A stretch of 63,302 bases of DNA, counting the filler, from Asterionella formosa (taxonomy: Eukaryota), in the NCBI GenBank assembly GCA_002256025.1. It is 21 parts of 21 records of this genome, joined end to end, with 100 filler letters (N's around TTAATTAATTAA, not from the genome) between each part and the next. Parts side by side here need not be neighbours in the genome. Positions count along the whole stretch, not along the records: positions 1,297 to 20,608 come from NKIB01003744.1; positions 20,709 to 21,903 come from NKIB01003745.1; positions 22,004 to 23,198 come from NKIB01003746.1; positions 23,299 to 24,493 come from NKIB01003747.1; 17 more parts are not named here. One strand, 5' to 3'. The position numbers and the translations under genes are program-made. Positions 11,593-23,398 of this stretch are shown here, one piece after another. The notes below the pieces were generated by a model. That model made no database searches. It was not told the origin of the DNA and was given only the letters and a program-made list of their open reading frames with translations. Position 1 is the first letter of the stretch, and each line of letters starts with the position of its first letter.

Positions 11593-12456
11593 TTATCGCG
11601 CTGAACGATCATTTATCCAATCCAGTAAATCCTGTTGAATCTTATCCACCAACGGTGATGGCTCACACAACAAACCGTGTAAAGCGTCATATTGGAGCAA
11701 AGTCTTGTCTGTAGACATTGACTTCTCCATCAATTGAATTGCTCCCTGATTTTTGACAACGACATCTTGCGTTCCAATCATACACAGAAAAGGGAAAGTG
11801 ACTCTATCCATTTTCTTTTGTATTTCACAAGCCAAATCGACACAGGTACAGGCCGACGCAATACGCAATGACTTGCCTGGAATGGATAGCTCGTCATGTT
11901 CACATTCTTGTCGTTTTTCTTCATCTCTGTATTGTTTTTCTGTAGAAGTGGATGAACTAGGGATTACTTGAAGCGTTGGAACAATCCACGACAAGCATTG
12001 GAGGGCAGTATGTTCCAATGGCGAAACCGACAAGGCCAACATGGGTGCCAACAACACTACACCGGCAACAGTATCGGCTAGCTCCAAGGCTGTATGCAGA
12101 GCAATACATCCACCCATACTGGATCCCACCAAAAACAATGGAATATTAGGATAAATTTCTCCTGCATGCTTGGCTACAGTCACGGCGTCGGCAATCATTG
12201 TGGAGTAGGACGGCAGATACCCTCGCATGCCTGGGGACTTGCCGTGGCCCGGAAAATCTGGTGCTATAACGGCGTAGTTATCCTTATTTAGTAACTTCGA
12301 GGCATAGCGAACAGTCGGATACAAGCCATGAGCGAGGAAGCCATGAAAGACTACAACCACCGCTTTGGGTTCCTGTTCTGTCGACCAGGAGTACAAATGA
12401 CATTCCATGCCTCGAATCCAAACTGTTTCGGACTTTGGCATTGTTGTTGCCGTCAT
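11593..12456 (-). CDS. Monoacylglycerol lipase / lysophospholipase-like alpha/beta hydrolase (Hydrolase_4)
   Basis: Intronless 287-aa ORF with VVVFHG, DFPGHGKSPG, nucleophile elbow GSSMGG, D-V-V and HGLLCEP. Confidence 0.9.
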   Translation of the reverse strand: MTATTMPKSETVWIRGMECHLYSWSTEQEPKAVVVVFHGFLAHGLYPTVRYASKLLNKDNYAVIAPDFPGHGKSPGMRGYLPSYSTMIADAVTVAKHAGEIYPNIPLFLVGSSMGGCIALHTALELADTVAGVVLLAPMLALSVSPLEHTALQCLSWIVPTLQVIPSSSTSTEKQYRDEEKRQECEHDELSIPGKSLRIASACTCVDLACEIQKKMDRVTFPFLCMIGTQDVVVKNQGAIQLMEKSMSTDKTLLQYDALHGLLCEPSPLVDKIQQDLLDWINDRSAR

Positions 12457-12843
12457 TGCACTGGTTGATGTGATTGGTGTTACTGGTAGTTGCTGATCGA
12501 TCCACTGGAATGGCTTATGGCGGATGCAGGATGGCTGGTGGAAGGAAGGGAGGTGTCGGGACCATCATCTAGGTACGGAGTCGTACATACATACTGAAGA
12601 AGGTAAGACACGACCGAGGGTGGAACCTGCCTGCGAGTGTGCTTGTTTTCGAGGCATGGGAGGCGCGAGTTGGTTGACCGAACGAGTGGCGCAGGGGCCG
12701 AGTACCGGCAAATTGCGGTTGTTTTGCTTAAACTAACAATTTTATATCGGATAAACAAAGCTAAACTTTTAGTTTCAGCAAAATTACCGCAACTTGCAAG
12801 GTACAAAAGATTACGAGTAGGCAGACTCGATTTTCGCCACTAC

Positions 12844-13085
12844 ATTGCCCTTTCAGTTAACATTGAAAAGCTATTTTAAATAGTTTGTATGTTGGATGCC
12901 AACTAGCCTATTGCCCTTCTTAAAAACATGTGTTGTATATTTCATATCTACAGTTTTTGGATTTCTCACTCCTGCAATTGCCCATCATTTAAAACATATT
13001 TTGTTTTTTCATATCTAAAGTTTTTGGATTACTCAATCCTGCATATGCCCATCATACAACATACTTTGTATAATTCATATGCTCC
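12844..13085 (+). repeat. ~67-bp tandem array (ATTGCCC-headed units); same family as 20462-20608
   Basis: Unit heads at 12844, 12910, 12977 and 13044 match units at 20462, 20531 and 20599. Confidence 0.75.
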
Positions 13086-16038
13086 TTTTTTGATAGCCAA
13101 ACTACCTTCAATATTTTCAATAGCCCCTAGATTTAATTGCCGAAATCGATTGCCATTTATTTACGGGAATTTGATTAATGATAACTATAGCCCATCAATT
13201 GACTGTTGTTTTGCTTAAGGAAAATCGACTGTCGAAATTGGAAGACATTAGGAGGAGCTACATGAAGACAAAAAATGATGGTTTTCTGTAATGTGTCCAT
13301 GGCAATTCCACTATTTACATCCCTGCTATCTTCCAGCATACTCAAATGTATACAAAATCTGTTCAATGATGTCGTCTCAAACATTGAATCTCTATCAAAC
13401 GGATCTGGCTGGTGGCTGTTGGATAATTCGACTTCTTATGGGATTCATATCATCACATCCTGCTTGCTTCGCTCATCACTGTGGATTTTGGCTCCCCTTT
13501 CTGTTGATTTCCGATAGCCTTTCCGGTCAACTCCTTCGCTAGATTTGATATGTATTGATAAATAAATTAATGATTGTTCAAAGGCAAAGCGACCTCAATC
13601 AGTCCTAACTTCTCAAAAACTAAATTTTAAATGAATTTTTTGTTTACTTAAGAAATCGAAACAGTTAAACAGTTCTCTTGTGCTGTTGTTGAAATCGTCA
13701 TTATACCTACTAGGGTCGCTTTCATGACATATTCACGGTGTGAGGATGTCATACCTACATGCTGTTACTTTGCTAAGACACTGCTCAACGCATGCATGTC
13801 ATCCCTAAAGTAATCTGGAGTACCAGGTACCCTGGTACCTGGCTTGTTGTACAGGTGCTATCTGATGCTGGTGATGGGGCAGCACAGCTCTATGTAGTGA
13901 CAGTAAGTTAGTCAGATCCTAATGCCTGTACATACTGGTACCAGCTAGTTAATCTCAATGCAGCAACTCCGTTTTGACCATGACAAATTTATTGGGCTGA
14001 ATTTCTCATCGAAAATTGACTTTGAAGAATTGCTATTTCGTAAGTATATCTAGTAGCCTATCATAGATAAGATAATCGTTCAATAAGAAAAATTTGCAAC
14101 CCATGAATCTTGCTCCTCAAAAGTCCGATAAACGATATAATCGATGAGCAATCATCCGATTCCTCAGTATCCAACAGATCGGATGATGAATTATGAGACT
14201 TTCTGAGATCAATTGAATTGGGAACAGCGATTTTGGCACCACTGCGACGAAGTAGGTATGATGTCACAACATGAATCCCACAAGAAGACAAGTCGTCCAA
14301 CAACCAACCACATCCGTTTGAAGACGAGTCGCTACTGGAGTCATCAAGGAACACATTTTGCTTCAAATGAGGCATGATGGTAAATGATAGTAAATGACAA
14401 TGCATAGCTGGAGCGCGAATTGCCTCAACAATACCCTTCTTGGTGGCTACATGCCTTCTTGTATACATGTGTTCTTGGCTGGTATGGCACTCGTACGGTC
14501 AACCTACTCGCTCCACCTAGCCTCAAACACATTTATACTCGCAGGCATGAGACCACCTCGGGCTTGTTTTGCCTTCATCAACTCTGGGCCTCAAGTCCAA
14601 CAACAATTGCCAGTCTTGCAACATCATTCACCATGTCTGTGGCCGTAATGTAATCAACGATGAGCGCATTTTCGCTGTTCTGGTGTTAAATCCTTCTTTT
14701 TATGTCTATTGACTAACAAAGGGTCAACGAAAAAGGGGCTCCAGAGCAAGCATTCCAATAGGGGCACAATTTTATGAAAAATGCAACAAAAAAGTCAGGT
14801 TCACCTGATTCTAGACTACATAGAAAATATATCATAAACGCCATCATGTTCGGAATAATTTTTAATTAGGAGGGGCTACTAGATGGAGAATTATTGGAGG
14901 TCGTTGCGCTTCATGAGAGGCAGTGACCTGAAAGTGGGTTGCAACTGCTGTGCATACCGGAACAGAGGAGTACATACCAGTGCTACTGTACCCCAGAGCG
15001 TCAAAAAGTGGTACTATGTAAGTACAGGTACTGGGTACCAGCAAGTTGTGGTAATTTTGCTCTCAGCAGATTTAGCGCTCCGAATGTCGTTGTGCCGGCA
15101 ATAGCTTGAAGTGCAGGCCATTCATGAAGTGATTCCAATTCCAAATTGATATGTCTTTATCATATCCGTTTAATACACCATCTCAGCCAACTTGTTGGTT
15201 TGAACTTTATTTTTGCTTTTATCTGATTTAGCAAATTGTAGGAGAAAAAATGACCCCAGAGAAATTTAAGAGTTGACACTAATATTGACAACGAAAATTG
15301 AAGTCACCGATCACTCATTTTTCATTCAATTCAACAAGAAGAGATGCACAATTTTTAAAATGATGATTATGTTACAAGCAAGCAGATTCGACAGTTTCAC
15401 AGTAGCCACACCACAACTAAGACTACGCCTCAAAAAATATCATGAATAACAATCAGAGCAATAAATGTGAAAAAAGTTATTGATATGCTGAGAATAGATT
15501 GATTACCAATTGACAATTTGTACATACAAGTAGTCGTAGAAGCTGACCTCCAGGTACAATGATGTACCATACGGTACTTGATACCAGAAAGTTTCGGTAA
15601 TTTTGCTGAAACTGATTGTTTAGCTATCTTTAGGCCGTTGCTAACCGTTGACCCAAACCAAAACCCAAAAACTTATTTTTGTATTGGTTTTGATTAACTG
15701 ACGCAAAAACGATGCTTTCGGTTTTTGGGAAATCCTAAATGCTGTCAACCACTCATCTACTGTGACGTAGGATGACAAAACCATTTTTAAAAAAGTAAAA
15801 TATTTCTATTAGACTAATTTTATAAATGAAATATTCTGATTCCTATTTGGGAATTAGTTAGTTTTTCCCGCAATTTGAGCGATGCTGCTGTCTTGTTGTC
15901 ATCCAACTACACAACAGTATGTACCATATCTATGATATGATAGAGTCGTAAGTATATACTCCAAGTACATATTACCAGGCACACAACAACCAAAAAAACA
16001 TAACAACATCTGTCGATTGCCAATCAGCATCCTCGATC

Positions 16039-17446
16039 ATGGTGCCAGCACCCCTTCCAGCCAAGAGAGCTCTTTCTCCCTCTGCATGGCAAAAGGAGTT
16101 GCAACGAACTGTTGCTGTTTCTGTTGCTGTTCTGGACAAGGTATCAGGAGGGCCAACCATGACGATCAAAAATCTTCAGAATAAAAAATATCTACTTTAT
16201 CATGGCAATCCATCCGTGAAAGGAAGCATTGGATATTTGGAGTCTTTGCTGAGAAGAAGGGGTCAGTTCGAAGACCTTTGGAGTAGAGAGGAGCTGAATA
16301 CCAACCTCCCAGAAAGAAATGCAGATCGTGTTTCTGCCTTTGATTTGGTCTTAAAAGATTGCTATTCCTGTGATTATCAAAACAGATATGTTGTTGGCTC
16401 TCAATTCACTACAAGATCTCTTGCAGGCACTGGAATGAAAAATATGTCCACTTTAATTACTGGTCGAACTCTATTGAAGATGGCTCAGCATGCCCTGCTG
16501 AATTGGAAGAAGGCCTTAGCATTTGGGTCGCAATTTTTACTCCCTGATGGGACTTTGCCTTCCGGGAAAAATGTTGAAGACTATGACAACCATGTATTAA
16601 ACCATATGTTTCGATATCTGAAGGGTCGAACCAGCTACAGCGACCCAGCAAATGATGAGGATGATGAGGATGAGGAGGAGAAAATCTTGGGTGCTGCTGT
16701 CGTGGCATTGAATGATGATGTTGGGATGCCTGTGGATTATTATTTTTATGGCTGGATTGGATTCAAATTGTTTGGACCATTTGCTAGAGATGAGTTCAAG
16801 TCTATTCTCTTGCTAACAAAGGATTGTGTCTTTGATAATGGCAAAAACGAATCAGCAGGCTGTGCATCAGCTAGAAAATTGGTTGCAGAAGAACGAAGTT
16901 TCAGTCGTTCTTCTGATATGTCAATTGATTGCTCCATTGGAAGTAGAGGCCAGCTGAAAGTCGAGGACGCATCAGTAGAAGCAGCAAAACTGGCTTTATC
17001 AGAAGATTTGATTAACAATTCAATTTTGGGAAATGAATTGTTTGGTCTGAGTCAATCTGCTGCATGCACTCGTGATCGGATGAAAGGTCTTCTGCAACAA
17101 CAGGCTAGATACCCATTGGAACTTAGGATGTTTTGCAAACATCCAAACGAAGCTTGATATTTTAGATGGAAAACTGGAATCTATTACAAATCAGATTGAC
17201 AGTCTCTGTTCTCAGAGAACCAAAAAACGTGAAAACATTGTTGATGAGTATTACTCAAAGAAGAGTAGATTCATGTCATCATCAAGTCCATTGTCAGATG
17301 ATATTCCCCGCTCCAGCCCCTTCTCACCTGTGAATGACTTGGGTATATTAAGTATGACTACTAAAAATCAGCAACTAGGTGACATTATCTCGCCTGTTGC
17401 AAGGCGAGATCCAATTGGCAATTTGGATGACTTTGTCTATGAATGA
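16039..17446 (+). pseudogene. Harbinger accessory ORF (ORF2-like), frameshifted near 17130
   Basis: The 372-aa ORF continues in another frame as a coiled-coil-like tail (NIQTKLDILDGKLESITNQIDSL...DDFVYE, stop 17444-17446). It lies inside the TIR and converges on the transposase. Confidence 0.55.
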
Positions 17447-17584
17447 AAAATGCGTTAGGCCTTCTAACACTTTTGCTTAATTGTCGACTACCCCACTAAA
17501 TAAATACATATGGAATACAACATTATAAAAAATTCAATTACATAAATTTTGAAATTAGATTATAAATTAGACCACCCTGTTCCG

Positions 17585-18872
17585 TCATGTTGCAATAAGA
17601 ATGACGAAAATTTTCTGGTTACAACCACATATTGATCCATCAGTGTGTATGTTGTTATCTTGTCGTTTCAGTTTGGCGACAGTGTGTCCATTTCTTTGTT
17701 TTATAGCTGGCGATAAAAAGAAATGAATCCGTAGAACACCATTTTTTTACTATTATCCAAAGCTCCTCCAGGGACTATATGATCTCCACGCATGAGAAAG
17801 ATGAATTTGAATGGTATGGACAAATGTATTGCATGTTTCCCATCTGAAAAGTTATCCCATACATTTAAGCAGTTCCCTCCTAAAGACAACGACATTATCA
17901 TTCCCCATAGCATAGGTGTTTCCCTTTTGCATTCTGTTGCTGTATAATCTTGGTGTGGCTTCTGAGGTTTTGGGTAGCCATTCTTTCCAGAATTGGTGAA
18001 CAACATAGTGGCAGTGTGTGGTATAACTCTATCGCTATTTCTGGAGACATCATTGGAACCTGGTAGTAACAAGGACTTTATCATGTGCCAAAATGGTTTT
18101 ACATTTGGCAGATCCAGCTTTGAATATTTTTGAAGCTGTCAGTATAATTCTTGAAAGGAAACACTTGCATGGCTTTTCCTTCCATAGTATTTGCAAGTTC
18201 TTTGTATTCTGCAGTTGTTTTGAATGTTTGTTTCAACAAACGAATAGGAGGGTTATAGATTTTCTCAGAAGTACAAAAAGATTTTGCCACATGTAAAAAT
18301 GGATCGTCTTTTTCTTCTTTTCCAAAACACTCATCTGGAAGGAAAGATAAATTGAGGGAAAACACGCATTCTTGTTCAATTCCATCGATAACATACAGGA
18401 AGTTATCTGTTCTCAGAACTGTTTTGATTAACCGTAATGAATCAGTGATGAAACATAGGAAGTCTTCTATCTCTGCTGCATTTGGCGGCATATTGTTGTG
18501 TATCTGATGTAGTCTAAAATCTCGAGGAAAGTGAGTCTTCCATAAAATCATTGCTGGTCCTATATGATTCCGAAATTTCCTTGAAGTTCCAAATGATGTT
18601 TTGTTGTTAAACAAGCCAGACTCTAGGACCACATAGAATTTGTTGAGAACAAAATCCAGGACACTGTCATCTAGCCTCGTCTCCTTGCCTTTGTCATCAT
18701 GATCAAAGTATCTAACCAGTAAGAGTCGTTCCTCAATCTTCTGTTGTCTCTTGAACAGACATGAAATACGCCATAGAAACAAGTTTTTCCTGATTGAACA
18801 ATCTGCAATGATTGGTACCCCCTTCACAACCAATATCGTTCCATTCCTTGTAGCACTCGGAACATTTGCCAT
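17585..18872 (-). pseudogene. Transposon-borne putative 2OG-Fe(II) dioxygenase (DSBH fold), two frameshifts in A-runs
   Basis: ORFs 18099-18872 and 17701-18084 plus a third frame join at A-runs near 18127-18131 and 17742-17748. Motifs are PQKPHQDY (HxD), WGMIMSLSLGGNCLNVW, FLMRGDHIVPGG and NGVLRIHFFL. Confidence 0.6.
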
Positions 18873-19038
18873 TCTTCCCAGTGCTCAATTGATATATTGC
18901 ACTATCGATAGCGTGCGAATGTGAAGAGAAACAAGGAAGCAGAAAGGAATAATGGTCTGTCATCAAAGGATTAAAGAGTGGGTGAGTGCTGGATCGGAAG
19001 CAATGCAGCACCAACATAATCAGTAATATACATTAGAT

Positions 19039-19258
19039 TGGTAGCGCAAAGCTACAGTCTCACAGAACTAACATAGTAATAGGTATAGTTTCTTAGTACC
19101 TGCGTCATGTTCCGACCGGGTATTGAAACAAGGGGCAGAAGGGAATGCTGGTAGGGCAAACCTACAGTCTCACAGTACTAACGTAGTAATAGGTATAGTT
19201 TCACAGTAGCCACATCATGTTCCGACAGGGTATTGAAACAAGGGGATGATGGGAATGC
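19039..19258 (+). repeat. 110-bp tandem duplication
   Basis: 19039-19148 and 19149-19258 both read tggtag.gcaaa.ctacagtctcacag...gggtattgaaacaagggg...gggaatgc. Confidence 0.9.
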
Positions 19259-19353
19259 GGAAATTTTATTCACAGATGTTGGTGCCCAGTAATCTAATTT
19301 AGTTCATGCTCATACTAATTTTCTTTTAGATTCTAAATAGATAATTGTATGGT

Positions 19354-20430
19354 TTAGGGATGATCATTTACATTACGACATGATGGCCAAACAATCTTGT
19401 TTTGTTTCCATAAAATATCAAAATGTTCAATGAGTTTACTCTTGAAGAACTGTAAACTTAAATGCCGGACCACTCGAACTGTATCAACATTCTTTGTTAG
19501 CACTTCAATATTGAAGTTGTCATTTGGATCCGGCACTAAATTGCGAATTGCATCAGGAATTTGTCCATCACCATCATTACCAGGACCCATTCCAGAGGTA
19601 TCAATTGTTCGCAAACTGGCTAATCCAAGTACTGCCGGTCTTGCAAATTCATTTAGTCTTTGAATAGCAAAAGGTGCTTCAGCTCCATTTAATTGGCATA
19701 ATGGTCCTTCCCAGTCACTTAAAACACCATTTTGCCATTGCAGGTCTAAGCCATCAATATCAAGTAACATGTTATGAAATGCGCACCATGTTAGCCAGAC
19801 CTTGTTAGGTTCTGTTACTCCATGTATTCAGATGCCTGATTTTAAAATCCACCAGCGTCCCTTGAGTACTATTCCAAAGGTACATTCCACATCTTTTCTA
19901 AGTGACTCCAGCCATTCAGACCATCTAGTAAGTTCTTGTTCAGGTTCTGGGTTTTTGGTTGGAGGCACTGTTGTAGACCATTTTAGATATCCATTGTCAA
20001 CTATCAAAAAGCATCCACTATACTTTATGGATACAACTGCTCCATTCCGATCTTTTTCTTTAAGCTCAAACTCCACATCTTTTAAGGCATTTGCACCATT
20101 CTGGATGCCTCGAGCAAAAGTATCAAAGTTGATTAATGTTTTATCATTCCATCGACAAGGATGCCCCGTGGTACTAGACAGGATCCTCCGGCGATGAGTC
20201 ACAGTAGAATTATAAGTCCTGGCTGTACAAGGAAGTTTTGAAGATATATGCTGGTTCCGAAGCCGATTGAAGCATCGCTCTATTGACACATGTGTAGCAT
20301 CTGTGGACCCAAGACATCCAGGGAAACCTGCCTGTGTTATTTCAAACATGTGATGATCTGCTTCCAATGGGTTTGTTGGAGTTCTAACCTATTTTTTGTA
20401 AACGATGGTACTTCCAACTTCAATTAAGGC
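19354..20430 (-). pseudogene. PIF/Harbinger DDE transposase (Plant_tran/DDE_Tnp_4 type), C-terminal part, frameshifted
   Basis: GFPGCLGSTDATHV, LIVDNGY, WSEWLESLRKDVECTFGI and the C-terminal FFKSKLIEHFDILW. There is an in-frame stop near 20390 and a frameshift near 19860. Confidence 0.9.
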
Positions 20431-21174
20431 GTGGAAGAATTGCTGAAGGCAATACACGCCCATTGCCCATCATATAAAATGTATTTTGTATATTTCCTAT
20501 CTTCACCTCGAAAATTGCCAAAGGTCCAATATTGCCCATCATTAAAATATATTTTGAAGATTTCCTATCTTCGCATTTTGGCAAGACAACAGACGCCAAT
20601 TGCCCCTCNNNNNNNNNNNNNNNNNNNNNNNNNNNNNNNNNNNNNNNNNNNNTTAATTAATTAANNNNNNNNNNNNNNNNNNNNNNNNNNNNNNNNNNNN
20701 NNNNNNNNTAAATACCAGAAGTTATAGGTAAGCGACTCCGTATCTACGGTGGTCATAGCAACCAGGTAGGTACTGGTATCCTACATAGTTAGTATCTGAC
20801 AGCAACAAAACACCAAGCAAGTTGGTACCAGGTACTATAAAACTATACTACGTGGCACCAGGTGCCTGGTGGTCTATGATTTCCTTTTTTTTTGTATCTT
20901 GAGCAGATACCGAAGCGGCAATTACCGTGTTGCTTTTACCGGTTAATGCTAAACAATACTAGCAGAGAAATATTACAACGTGCCCCAGGTAAGCAAAGTC
21001 ATTCAATAGTGAACAGGCACAGTATGGTGGAAATATGAGTGACCAATACATGTGTACCTGGTACTATGTTGAACAACCCATGCATGGATTTATACCAGGC
21101 ACCCAACCTGGCTGATACCTGGTACCTGGTACCAGGTACCAAACAGCAATACCGGTAGGTAAATCAAGAGGGTA

Positions 21175-21801
21175 CCGTATACTTCATTGTCCTGGACCCC
21201 CCCTGTACATTTTTCTCGAGGTGGAACCAAACACCCAATAAGTTTCTTGTCATAGACAAAGTAACGTGCCATAATTCTTTTTGTCCTCGTAGGCACTATT
21301 ATGTAATAATTTAGCTACCATTTTGCGATTCTTTTGTACATACAAAACACAAGAGACGACAGGTAGTGGCTGTGAGCAGCTGGAGAATCTTTCATGATGT
21401 TGTCGCAACCTTGACCATGACGAAAATACGAATTATCTCCACGAAAATAGAGAACGACGCTTTGCTACTTGCTACCTGTATTAAGAACGACATGGAAAAT
21501 ACAATCGTAAAAGAAGTAAAGTAATAACACTAATAATGACAACGAAAATTGAGATCGCCGATAACAACATGAAGTCGCGTTTTTCTTGCGAGGTGAAGAA
21601 CTCTCTCATTTTTCACAAGACGAAAATAATTGTCATATTAATACATGTTAGAAAAATGTGGGCTATCCTGTAGAACTAAAGAAATTTACTTAGGTCCATT
21701 ATAAGGGAAATCTCTTCATTGTCCTGGGCCCCCCCTTAAGTAAAATCAGTCAAATTCAGTCACGGCAGTGTACATTGGGGGTCCAGGACAATGAAATGTG
21801 G
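21175..21801 (+). mobile_element. Non-autonomous TIR element (TA|CCGTA terminus, pogo/mariner-like)
   Basis: The left end is ccgtatacttcattgtcctggacccc and a degenerate right end reads gggggtccaggacaatgaa. The left end recurs at 41022 and the right end at 47071-47172. Confidence 0.7.
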
Positions 21802-22049
21802 TTGATGAGAGCTTGGTATATCAAAGTTGACTCATTCGAATCGTTTGACTCGGAGTCCAAAGTACCGACCGGTACGTAGATGAGCTCACTTTAACAATAC
21901 AATNNNNNNNNNNNNNNNNNNNNNNNNNNNNNNNNNNNNNNNNNNNNTTAATTAATTAANNNNNNNNNNNNNNNNNNNNNNNNNNNNNNNNNNNNNNNNN
22001 NNNACCAGGTACCAGGTAAGCAAAAACTTCGCTCATGATCAGAATGGGC

Positions 22050-23130
22050 TCACGCACAACAAAGGAGCATCACATCGTATGTAGGACGCACCAGGTCCTG
22101 GTTGTAAATGGTACCAGGTACCAGCACAACATCAAGAGGCCGAATTGGATATGGAGAATCCTTTTCTCCACGGCAACAAGTCTCCAAATATCTTGCCAAC
22201 AAGTTCTGTCTGGTTATTGGAAGCTGCGCATCGCCGTTGCGCTTGTACCATGTCACCACTGTTTTCAGTTCAGCTACGTTGTAGCTTCCAGCTTCCTTTC
22301 CAGTCTATCTGATGGCCTGTACCTTCTGTGACAATTCAAAAAACCGTTGATTAAATTTCTGCTTCTTGTTTTGTTCCTGGATTTCATGCCGGTGTTTGAT
22401 TTCCAGCATATGCTCAAAAAGCGGTGGTCCTAGACAAGTGTTTCCAACAGCAAAGTGCAGTCCTGTGGTCATTCATTTGCATGTGTCGATTTCTGCTTGT
22501 GCTGTTTCCTTTCTTTTCCTTGCATGTTCTGCTGCATCATTACCATTTCGCACATCTTCTCTGTTTATGTATTCAACAATTTGATTTGTAAGAGTTCCTG
22601 AAAGTCCTTCTTGCAGGTTGAGCTGGTCAGGTGTAATAGAGGTTCTGTTGCTGTGTGAGATTCAATTCAATGGGACAACACCAAATTTCGTCAGCTGTAT
22701 TTCAGGATTCAACAAGCAATTATAGTTCAAAGGTCCCCAGCCTCGCTCTGCTACCGCTTTTTTGTTTGTGCGTAATCTCGCAAAACTTTTTTCCCAAGAA
22801 GTGAATTTGCAAGTTGCAGTCCCTCTCGGCATGTGATGGGCGAACGCATTTTACTCAACTGATCAATGAGCTCCACAATGTAAAGTTCCACTTCAAGCAT
22901 AGGTGAGAGGCATTCTGTGTTTGTTCCTTGATGTTTTTTTCTTTTTGCACATGTTCTAACTGTTTCGAAATTAATATTGACAGCAGGAAGAATACCAATT
23001 GCCTCCTTTTCTCTCAGTATTCCACAGGTAAGTGTATTTGGCTTCACTCGTGATTCTCCTCCTTTTTCTTTTTCCTCTTCTCTCACCATATATTCTGCTG
23101 CCGAATTGGAAATACATTCTTTCACTTTTT
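22050..23130 (-). pseudogene. Internally deleted pogo-like transposase remnant
   Basis: N-terminal SPMLEVELYIVELIDQLSKMRSPITCREGLQLANSL abuts (near 22795) C-terminal WEKSFARLRTNKKAVAERGWGPLNYNCLLNPEI. No DDE core lies between them. Confidence 0.55.
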
Positions 23131-23298
23131 CTTTGGATGACCACCATAGGGCAGGGTTGCAGTGACAGAAATGGTGCTGCTGCTGCTTTCAGTTGATGNN
23201 NNNNNNNNNNNNNNNNNNNNNNNNNNNNNNNNNNNNNNNNNNTTAATTAATTAANNNNNNNNNNNNNNNNNNNNNNNNNNNNNNNNNNNNNNNNNNNN

Positions 23299-23398
23299 TA
23301 TCAAAATTATTAGATGATAGAACAAAAAATTATAATTATGATCAGATGATCACAATCCTATGATGCATCATGGAAATATGATAGTTTTTATTTGCAGA
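23299..23398 (+). repeat. ~100-bp dispersed repeat shared, inverted, with 25645-25740
   Basis: atgatcagatgatcacaatcctatgatgcatcatggaaatatgat..tttttatttgcaga matches the reverse complement in the next contig. Confidence 0.8.

Larger units (their letters stand above)
15633..20430 (-). mobile_element. PIF/Harbinger DNA transposon; one end present, 5' part of the transposase interrupted
   Basis: The terminus TTA|GGCCGTTGCTAAC is at 15633. Positions 15633-15876 match the reverse complement of the MITE end at 44084-44331. Inside are an accessory ORF, a third ORF and a Harbinger DDE transposase. Confidence 0.75.
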
